Below are positions 22,785 through 32,170 of a DNA stretch of 32,170 nt, piece by piece (position 1 is the first letter of the stretch; each line of letters starts with the position of its first letter). Below the pieces are notes generated by a model, which had not been told where the DNA came from, ran no database searches, and saw nothing but the letters and a program-made list of their open reading frames with translations. The stretch is from assembly GCF_001194135.2 (NCBI RefSeq), contig NC_068985.1, forward strand, positions 39,330,075 through 39,362,244, given 5' to 3'. The DNA comes from Octopus bimaculoides. Lineage: Eukaryota. Both the position numbers and the translations under genes were made by a program.

Positions 22785-24414
22785 NNNNNNNNNNNNNNNN
22801 NNNNNNNNNNNNNNNNNNNNNNNNNNNNNNNNNNNNNNNNNNNNNNNNNNNNNNNNNNNNNNNNNNNNNNNNNNNNNNNNNNNNNNNNNNNNNNNNNNNN
22901 NNNNNNNNNNNNNNNNNNNNNNNNNNNNNNNNNNNNNNNNNNNNNNNNNNNNNNNNNNNNNNNNNNNNNNNNNNNNNNNNNNNNNNNNNNNNNNNNNNNN
23001 NNNNNNNNNNNNNNNNNNNNNNNNNNNNNNNNNNNNNNNNNNNNNNNNNNNNNNNNNNNNNNNNNNNNNNNNNNNNNNNNNNNNNNNNNNNNNNNNNNNN
23101 NNNNNNNNNNNNNNNNNNNNNNNNNNNNNNNNNNNNNNNNNNNNNNNNNNNNNNNNNNNNNNNNNNNNNNNNNNNNNNNNNNNNNNNNNNNNNNNNNNNN
23201 NNNNNNNNNNNNNNNNNNNNNNNNNNNNNNNNNNNNNNNNNNNNNNNNNNNNNNNNNNNNNNNNNNNNNNNNNNNNNNNNNNNNNNNNNNNNNNNNNNNN
23301 NNNNNNNNNNNNNNNNNNNNNNNNNNNNNNNNNNNNNNNNNNNNNNNNNNNNNNNNNATATATATATTATCATACACCGATACCCAAAGACCCAGAATTT
23401 TCAACTAAAGGAAAGGAGCATAAATTTAATATTAGTTTTCCTCCCAAAGGTGATTCTGATCATGGCCTGTGAACTACAACCAATCAAGGTTGAAACTAAG
23501 AACACCCAGGAATAAACTAAATACTGTGCTTGATGAGTTATTGAATCCGCCAATTTTCATTCCAACATTTAGGTACCGGCATTTCAAACTCAACTAATAA
23601 CGTGTACTTATGTCATCGACCTCAGAGACAATTTAATTCCCTAAATTGATTCATAGTAACACTGAAAGCTCGGAACATAAAAATCCGTAATTAGACATGT
23701 TCAGTCATTTAATTCGACATTCTATTAGTTCTATTAGCAACTTGCTTCTAATTACCAAACTGCTATTGTTATTTATTTCAATGTTTATTGAACCTTGCCT
23801 GGTGATAATGAAAACTACAGCTCTGACAAAAATAAAGTTAACCGTAATCTTCGAAGATATGTCTTTTATTGCACGGATATTTCAACCAACTTCTCACCTT
23901 ATACTAAAAGACAATTGCAGATACTTTTCATCGAACAGAAAAGAATTCCGAGCGAAAGCCCATACCAGTGATATTCGCTACTTGTTTCCTACCTCAACGA
24001 TCGCTCTCGTCCTCGTAAATAGATCTAAATTAAATCATTGTAATTCCCACTTTTAACTCCCTTACTTTCTTTCACCAGACCTTCCCATTTCAAATATTGC
24101 ATTGACTACTTTGTTTTATTGGGTGATTCTTCCACTTATGTATTTATGTTTTATCTCTATTATTGATGCTTGCTTTTTGCTTTTATACTCATTCTCATTT
24201 ATTATTGCTGTACCACTCAGCAATCGTATTCTACTGTTGTAACGACCCAAGATATTTATAAAAACACTGTGGAATTAGATGCATGTTTTTTGGCTCAGCA
24301 TTTTACCGCCCTTAGACATTTTTATCTCTTTCGTCATATTAATGATTCTATCGGTTTTCGAGATAATTTTATTTTTTGCGTTATCTCTCTCTCTCTTTCT
24401 CTCTCTCCCCATAT

Positions 24415-24421
24415 TCATACA

Positions 24422-24472
<51 letters not shown>

Positions 24473-24545
24473 GCACATACATCCGCATATAAATAGATAG
24501 ATAGATAGATAGATAGATAGAAAGATAGATAGATAGAAAGATAGA
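24415..24545. repeat. Compound microsatellite (TACA)n-(TA)n-(GATA)n
   Basis: Read directly. Confidence 0.95.
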
Positions 24546-24797
24546 TAGTTTCTTTTAAGGTTACGTATTTTTATTGCTTTTGATGTACGTATATACATGC
24601 ATGAATACACACACACACACACACACACACACACGCGCGCGCATATGCACACATATATAAAGCCGTTTCCTTATTTAAAAAAATCTATATATATGCGTCT
24701 ATGTGTGCACAGGCATATATAAATGCACACGCACATGTATAGAAATATTTTATGTAAAATATATATATATATCTATATATAGATATATATATATACA

Positions 24798-24828
<31 letters not shown>

Positions 24829-26069
24829 ATGCGTGTGTGTGTGTATGTGTGTGTGTGCGCGCGCGTGCGTGTTTGGATGGATGGATAGATAGATGGATAA
24901 ACATAAAAATACACAGAAATATATTAAACTGTCGACTATTTTCTTACATTACAATACTTTCAATAATTCCATCGCTGCCTCATTTTATTCCTCCACTAGT
25001 TTATTGTCTTTTCCATTACCATCTGACAACTTTAACATTCCATTCTCTTTATCATTCCCATTTTTCTTATCATACTCACTTCCTCTCTCTCTCTCACTCT
25101 CTCCCTTTCTCTCTCTTTCTTTTTTTCTCTCACTCTCTCTTTTTCTCTCTCTTTCTTTCTTTCTCTCACTCTCTCTTTTTCTCTCTCTCGATTAATATGT
25201 CTATCTGTTTTCATATGCATATATCTACTTTTTCGTAGTAGCATATTTTTTCTGACGCTCACATACACACACACACACACACACAGACTTGTTTGTATAC
25301 GCATGTGTATATATATATAGGTATATATTATTGACACTTATATATGTATACACACACGCACACTCCCACAATCATACACACACTTGTATATATATGTATG
25401 TATATATGTATTTATTATTGGCACACATATATGTATATACAGACATATATATANNNNNNNNNNNNNNNNNNNNNNNNNNNNNNNNNNNNNNNNNNNNNNN
25501 NNNNNNNNNNNNNNNNNNNNNNNNNNNNNNNNNNNNNNNNNNNNNNNNNNNNNNNNNNNNNNNNNNNNNNNNNNNNNNNNNNNNNNNNNNNNNNNNNNNN
25601 NNNNNNNNNNNNNNNNNNNNNNNNNNNNNNNNNNNNNNNNNNNNNNNNNNNNNNNNNNNNNNNNNNNNNNNNNNNNNNNNNNNNNNNNNNNNNNNNNNNN
25701 NNNNNNTATATATATCACAGTATCTATTTGGGAAAGCCAACACAATGTATTTTGAAATTATTATTAGTATTCCATTTTTTTTTTCTTTTAATCAACGATA
25801 TTTCGGTCATTTAAACGATATCTCTAGAAAAAAACAAAAGGATTTTAGAATGTTTAAATATATAAAATCATTCGGAGCTTGCATGAAAACATAACAGTAT
25901 AGGAAGATTGAAACATATTGATCGCAACCAGATGTTGCTCCTCTCATAGTCTGTGAATTTCGATGAAGAAAGAATCCTGCCTTCTTGCACAACTGTGTAA
26001 GTTGTGACATCATTTGTGGGAAGGTGTTGATTTAGCAAGTGTACACTCGTACATATGTTTATCTTTTAT

Positions 26070-26424
26070 CTTTCACTTGTTTCAGTCATTAGATTGCGGC
26101 CTTGAAGAATTTTAGTCGAACGAATCGATCTAGGCGCTTTGCTTTTTATTATTCTACCTGCTTCTTTTGTCAATCCGCTAGATTAAGAGGACGTAAATAC
26201 ACCAGTTGTCAAACTGTTATGGGGGACAAATACGGACACAAGTATATATATATATATATATATATTATGCGACGGGCTTCTTTCAGCTTCTGTCTACCAA
26301 ATCCATTCACAAGCCCCGACACTACAGGTGAAGACACTCGCTCCCAAGTTTCCATGCAGTGGCACTGAACCCGGAACAATATGGTTGGGAAGCTATCTTC
26401 TTACCACACAGCTATGCTCACGCC
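26070..26424 (-). mobile_element. SINE family C copy with internal (TA)n and a small deletion near the 3' end
   Basis: Colinear with 6635-7031 (cttgtttcagtcatt, gacgggcttctttcag, tctaccaaatccattcacaag, ctgaacccggaac, ttaccacacagc). Confidence 0.8.
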
Positions 26425-26569
26425 GATGTGGTTGTGCATTCCCCAAACAATATCTAACCAAGCACCAGTCTTAAAAGCATGGCTACTACGCTGTCTAAGA
26501 AACAAGGAAAATGAACAAACGATCATCACATTAGCATTTTAGCGAGCAGATATGAACACCATCCAAACA

Positions 26570-26690
26570 ACTATCATTATAATCATCATCTCCACTACCA
26601 CCACCGACGCCACCACTACCACCACCAACACCATCATCGTCATTATCATCATCATCATCAGCAGCAGCAGCACCAGCAGCAGCAGCATCA
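26570..26690. repeat. Mixed trinucleotide tract (CAT/CAC/CAG)n
   Basis: Read directly; explains the poly-I/T/S ORF 26552-26962. Confidence 0.9.
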
Positions 26691-26844
26691 TTGCCACAAC
26701 CCTTTCAAAGTGCTTTACTATTTCTCATATTTCAACTATCAACGCGATGTTATTTCCAATTCAGGATTCTTTCAGTCCACTGACATCTCGCTTAATTAAA
26801 AACAAAGAACATCTCTTCTCTTCGTATATCAGGCTTTTGAACTA

Positions 26845-26897
<53 letters not shown>

Positions 26898-27180
26898 ATG
26901 CCTATATTCACAGTGTCACGCCCTTCCAATTACCGATATTCCCATCATTCTACAGAATTTGATAGCCTTTCCTCGTTTTTCTACCTTTACACTCTCTTTT
27001 TCTCTTTCTCCTTCTCTTCTCCGCCCCTTCTCTCTATTTGCATCTCTTGTATTTCGATTCATCGCCCTTTATCATCTCCTTTACGTTTTCCAGTTTTTCT
27101 TTCTTATGTTTTCCATTTTGTTCGCTGTTAATTGTGTCTTATTCTCTTTCTACTTGTTTCAGAAATATTCTCCCTTTATA

Positions 27181-27339
27181 GGCACAGAAGTGGGTCTGTT
27201 GCAAGAAGTTTGCTTCTCAAGCACATGGACCCGGGTTCAGATTCACTACATGGCACCTTGGTCGAGTGTCTTCTACTACAGACTCAGACCGTCGAAAGTC
27301 TTGTGAGTGGATTCGGTAAACGGAAACAGAAAGTTCGTC

Positions 27340-27341
<2 letters not shown>
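27181..27341 (+). mobile_element. 5' half of a SINE family C copy, ending in (TA)n
   Basis: Reverse complement of the head of 6635-7031; the 3' half is not found downstream. Confidence 0.8.
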
Positions 27342-27383
<42 letters not shown>

Positions 27384-27457
27384 AGCGTGGAAGGTGTTTA
27401 TAAGCCATTTAAGAAACACACAAAAACCGTTAGATTCACTTCAACATTTAAATTTAA

Positions 27458-27508
27458 TTTGCCAAAATATTTTCGTCGCTTTGAGACCGCGACCAGTTCA
27501 CTGACAAA
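27458..27508 (-). ncRNA. Minimal type-I hammerhead-ribozyme-like motif with non-canonical core
   Basis: Minus strand: UUUGUCA-GUGAACUG-GUCGC-ggucucaaa-GCGAC-GAA-AAUAUU-U-UGGCAAA. This gives 7-bp stem I (one G.U), 5-bp stem II, GAA and a 6-nt palindrome. Activity unproven. Confidence 0.5.
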
Positions 27509-27514
27509 ATTATG

Positions 27515-27566
<52 letters not shown>

Positions 27567-27791
27567 CAGAATAGGAAAGGGTTTAGGCAACTGGTGATCC
27601 AAACTAATAGGCACGCTAGGTGCTCAATTGATAAGCCACTAGGATCCCAGTTCACAGCAGGGATCGGAGCTGAGAATTTGTAACCCACTTCCGAATCAGC
27701 AGTTATAAATGAAAGGAAGGGGAAAGCAAAGATCAAGGCAGGACAAGCTTTCTGTTAACCTTGTCCTGCATTGGTTTTGTATTCTTCTTCC

Positions 27792-27828
<37 letters not shown>

Positions 27829-28721
27829 TATATCCATACATATATGTACATGCCTACATCTATATGTATACATACATGCATATATGGGTACAGGACATCA
27901 CAAAAAATAAAATGTTAATCACAATGAGAAACGAAAACAGAAAACGAACTTTTTTTCAAACAACGAAGGAAAAACAGAAACGAAACATGCAACATAAAGA
28001 ATGATGTCATTCATCAGTTGTCCCTGTCCATCTACTCCGCGTTTCGAAGGCAAGGACAATACGCGACTTCGTTGGAACAGTCCTTCCCGCAAAGCAAATT
28101 AAATAAAGGAGTGTGTGNNNNNNNNNNNNNNNNNNNNNNNNNNNNNNNNNNNNNNNNNNNNNNNNNNNNNNNNNNNNNNNNNNNNNNNNNNNNNNNNNNN
28201 NNNNNNNNNNNNNNNNNNNNNNNNNNNNNNNNNNNNNNNNNNNNNNNNNNNNNNNNNNNNNNNNNNNNNNNNNNNNNNNNNNNNNNNNNNNNNNNNNNNN
28301 NNNNNNNNNNNNNNNNNNNNNNNNNNNNNNNNNNNNNNNNNNNNNNNNNNNNNNNNNNNNNNNNNNNNNNNNNNNNNNNNNNNNNNNNNNNNNNNNNNNN
28401 NNNNNNNNNNNNNNNNNNNNNNNNNNNNNNNNNNNNNNNNNNNNNNNNNNNNNNNNNNNNNNNNNNNNNNNNNNNNNNNNNNNNNNNNNNNNNNNNNNNN
28501 NNNNNNNNNNNNNNNNNNNNNNNNNNNNNNNNNNNNNNNNNNNNNNNNNNNNNNCTTCTCACACACATTTCTTTTCATGTTTCACGTCTTCTTTTTGTCT
28601 CCCTTTCTGGTCAAATTCTTGACCATAAATTTGGTTATGTATCACTTACTTCCTCATATTTTCCCCGTCTACAATCTCTCCCTTCTCCCCCTCTCTCTCT
28701 CTCTCTCTCTGCTTCTTAGTT

Positions 28722-28957
28722 CTTTACTACTCGAAAGGGGCTACATACAGAAGGGACAAACAAGGACAGACAAACGGATTAAGTCGATTATATATACCGA
28801 CCCCAGTGCGTAACTGGTACTTAATTTATCGACTCCGAAAGGATGAAAGGCAAAGTCGATCGACTTCGGCGGAATTTGAACTCAGAACGTAACGGCAGAC
28901 GAAATACTGCTAAGCACCTTACCCGGCGTGCTAACGTTTCAGCCAGCTCACCGCCTT
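28722..28957 (-). mobile_element. SINE family B, well preserved, alternative 3' tail
   Basis: Reverse complement matches 14246-14419 up to cgacttaatcc, then diverges. Confidence 0.9.
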
Positions 28958-28986
28958 TTTGCCTCTCTTTTTGCTACTCTTTCCCT

Positions 28987-29490
28987 CACTCTCTCGTATC
29001 CTCCTCTCATACTTTTCTGTGTCACTCGCTATCTCTTGCTCCCACTTTTTGCATCTTCCTTTCACATTATCGTCTCTTCTCTCCCCTTCTCCTCCCTTCT
29101 CCCTCTCCCTATCTTTCTCTGTCTCTCTCTATTTCTCCCATCCCTTCTCTCTCTCTATCTCTTTTCTTCTTTCTTCACTCTCTCGTATACTCCTCCCCTC
29201 ATACTTTTCTCTGTTACTATCTCTTGCTCCCACTTTTTGCATCTTCCTTTCATAGTATCGTCTCTTCTCTCCCCTTCTCCTCCCTTCTTCCGCTCTCTCT
29301 ACCTCTATTTCTCTACCTTCCCCTCCAACCTCCCACTCTCTCTCTCTCTATCTCTATCTCTGCTTCTCCTTTCCTCATTCCCTCTTATACTCCTCCCTTC
29401 ATACTTTTCTCTGCCACTCACTACCTCTTGTTCTCCCATCTTATTCCTTCCGTTCACATTATTGTCTCTTCTCTCCCCCTCTCCACACAT
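28987..29490. repeat. Three-copy pyrimidine-rich tandem repeat, period about 189-200 bp
   Basis: Units start at 28987, 29176 and 29376 (cactctctcgtat(a)ctcct..tcatacttttct...atctcttgctcccactttttgcatcttcctttca..tatcgtctcttctctcccc); the third unit is more diverged. Confidence 0.85.
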
Positions 29491-29984
29491 TTTCTATCTT
29501 TGTTTCCCTCTCCTTATCTCCATCATCTTTTCTCTTCCATCCTCTTTGTTTCCGACTCCCTCTTTACATCCTTCCTTTCTTCTTTTCCTTCTCTCTTATG
29601 TGCCCCCTAGGACATTCTGTCTCCCTTATGTACCCCCTCCCTCTCTCTCTCTCTTCTTCATTCAATTACCTCTGCCCTACCTTCAATCAATCAATCAATA
29701 CATACATGTACAGAAGAAAAAAATAGAATAAAATAAGATAAAATAGTGCAAACGAAAAGGAGATAAAACAATAAAATATTAAAAAGGTACGCAGAGTTAC
29801 GAATGATGTAAAGAAGAAAGAGAAAGAGTTATTATGGAAGAGAAAAAATAGGTGGGGGGGGATAAGAAATGGAGAGAAAGAGAGAGTGAGGTGAGAGGAG
29901 AGTTGGTTTAAGAAATTAAGGCAAATGGCAAAGATGAAAAAGACTGGCAAAATAGAGGGGGAAGAAAAAGGAGACGAAGAGGAA

Positions 29985-31084
29985 AGAAGAAGAAGAAGAA
30001 GAAGAAGAAGAAGAAGAAGAAGAAGAAGAAGAAGAAAGAAAGAAAGAAAGAAGAGGAGGAGAAGAAGAAGAAGAAGAAAGAAGAAGAAGAAGAAAGAAGA
30101 AGAAAGAAAAGAAAGAAAGAAGAAGAAAGAAAAGAAAGAAAGAAGAAGAAAGAACGAAGAAGAAGAAGAAGAAGAAAGAAGAAGAAGAAGAAGAAGAAGA
30201 AGAAGAAGAAAGAAGAAGAAAGAAAAGAAAGAAAGAAGAAGAAAGAAAAGAANNNNNNNNNNNNNNNNNNNNNNNNNNNNNNNNNNNNNNNNNNNNNNNN
30301 NNNNNNNNNNNNNNNNNNNNNNNNNNNNNNNNNNNNNNNNNNNNNNNNNNNNNNNNNNNNNNNNNNNNNNNNNNNNNNNNNNNNNNNNNNNNNNNNNNNN
30401 NNNNNNNNNNNNNNNNNNNNNNNNNNNNNNNNNNNNNNNNNNNNNNNNNNNNNNNNNNNNNNNNNNNNNNNNNNNNNNNNNNNNNNNNNNNNNNNNNNNN
30501 NNNNNNNNNNNNNNNNNNNNNNNNNNNNNNNNNNNNNNNNNNNNNNNNNNNNNNNNNNNNNNNNNNNNNNNNNNNNNNNNNNNNNNNNNNNNNNNNNNNN
30601 NNNNNNNNNNNNNNNNNNNNNNNNNNNNNNNNNNNNNNNNNNNNNNNNNNNNNNNNNNNNNNNNNNNNNNNNNNNNNNNNNNNNNNNNNNNNNNNNNNNN
30701 NNNNNNNNNNNNNNNNNNNNNNNNNNNNNNNNNNNNNNNNNNNNNNNNNNNNNNNNNNNNNNNNNNNNNNNNNNNNNNNNNNNNNNNNNNNNNNNNNNNN
30801 NNNNNNNNNNNNNNNNNNNNNNNNNNNNNNNNNNNNNNNNNNNNNNNNNNNNNNNNNNNNNNNNNNNNNNNNNNNNNNNNNNNNNNNNNNAGAAGAAGAA
30901 GAAGAAGAAGAAGAAAGAAAGAAAGAAGAAGAAGAAGAAAGAAATAAGAAGAAAGAAAGAAGAAGAAGAAGAAGAAGAAGAAGAAAAAGAAGAAGAAGAA
31001 GAAGAAGAAGAAAGAAAGAAGAAGAAAGAAAGAAGAAGAAGAAGAAGAAGAAGAAGAAGAAGAAAGAAGAAGAAGAAAAAGAAA

Positions 31085-31132
<48 letters not shown>

Positions 31133-31200
31133 AAAAGGAGAAGAAGAAAGAAAGAAAGAAAGAAATAAAGAAAGAAAGGAAGAAAGAAAGAAGGAGAAGT

Positions 31201-31243
<43 letters not shown>

Positions 31244-31268
31244 ATGAAAGAAGAAGAAGAAGAAGAAG

Positions 31269-31299
<31 letters not shown>

Positions 31300-31460
31300 G
31301 GAAAGAAGAAGAAAGAATAAGAATAAGAAGAAGAAGAAGAAGAAGAAGAAAAAGAAGAATAAGAAAAAGAAGAAGAAGAAGGAGGAGGAGGAGGAGGAGG
31401 AGGAGGAGGAGGCGGAGAAGAAGAAGAAGAAGAAGAAGAAGAAGAAGAAGGGAAGAAGAA
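29985..31460. repeat. Long polypurine (AAG)n/(GAAA)n/(GAG)n tract spanning a gap
   Basis: Read directly; source of the long poly-L/F/S/R/K pseudo-ORFs. Confidence 0.97.
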
Positions 31461-31473
31461 AGGGAAGAAGGCA

Positions 31474-31631
31474 ATGGATGACGTTGAAGACGATGATGAG
31501 GATCATCATCATCATCATCATGACGATGGTGGTAGTGATGATGATGATGATGAAGACGATGACGAAGATGGTGATGATGATGATGTAGTAGCCGTAGCAG
31601 CACTGGCAGCAGCAGCAGCTGCAGCAGCAGC

Positions 31632-31685
<54 letters not shown>
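31474..31685. repeat. Trinucleotide mosaic (GAT/CAT/GCA/GTA)n
   Basis: Read directly. Confidence 0.95.
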
Positions 31686-31686
<1 letters not shown>

Positions 31687-31900
31687 TCTGCTGTTGATTC
31701 CGAAACCATCTTCCCCATAAACTAGGAAGATGATCAAAGGAATTCCAAATGTAAGCAACCTGTCTTGTACTCAAACTACGAGTATCTAGGAATACACTAT
31801 TACAATGTATCCTGCTTTTGTTAAGAGAAAATATGTCTGATTTGAGGGAGATTTCACTACTATTTCTAACTACTTCAAGTGATTTTGTAGATTCCTTCCT

Positions 31901-31942
<42 letters not shown>

Positions 31943-32065
31943 CACTACTGCCACTACTACTACTGCTACTACTACTACTACTACTACTACCACTACTACC
32001 ACTACTACTACTGCTACTACTACTACAACCACTACTACAGCCACTACTACCCCTATCACTACAAT

Positions 32066-32098
<33 letters not shown>

Positions 32099-32170
32099 CA
32101 CCACCACCGCTACCACCACCACTAACAATGTTACTACTACCATCACAACCACTACTACCACTACCACCAC
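31901..32170. repeat. (TAC/CAC)n trinucleotide tract running off the window end
   Basis: Read directly. Confidence 0.95.

Noticed and set aside
23697-24496. ORFs of 119 and 108 aa in AT-rich unique sequence, and 14750-15124(-)
   Set aside because: No recognisable motif; composition typical of chance ORFs in AT-rich DNA.
27985-28100. Minus-strand gaaacgcgg followed by ctgatga, both hammerhead-like words
   Set aside because: Order and flanking bases do not form stems for type I, II or III topology; probably part of another repeat cut by the gap.
29687-32170. Very long ORFs (827, 616 and 340 aa) and the D/H/A/V-rich ORF 31474-31725
   Set aside because: They are translations of trinucleotide microsatellites and N runs; no domain content.

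Overview
Eukaryotic, AT-rich, repeat-saturated non-coding DNA with nine N-gaps. The tRNA-headed SINE families and the density of (TA)n/(CA)n/(TATG)n/(AAG)n microsatellites suggest an octopus/cephalopod assembly (inference). I found no intact host gene; most ORFs in the track are microsatellite or N-gap artefacts. Real coding remnants are all dead transposons: a Penelope-like GIY-YIG fragment (2980-3570, -), two mariners (5176-5818 rearranged; 17524-18442 internally deleted), pogo/Tigger fossils (7421-8895, -; 16797-17028, +) and an RTE-clade LINE fragment (12425-13309, +). About a dozen SINE copies show head/body/tail swapping. The most unusual signals are a minimal hammerhead-ribozyme-shaped motif with a swapped G3-C8 core (27458-27508, -), a mariner made of two left ends in inverted orientation, and a 57-bp near-perfect palindrome at a gap edge (9901-10024). 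All translations and alignments were done by eye with no database search. No complete novel multi-gene system is evident.
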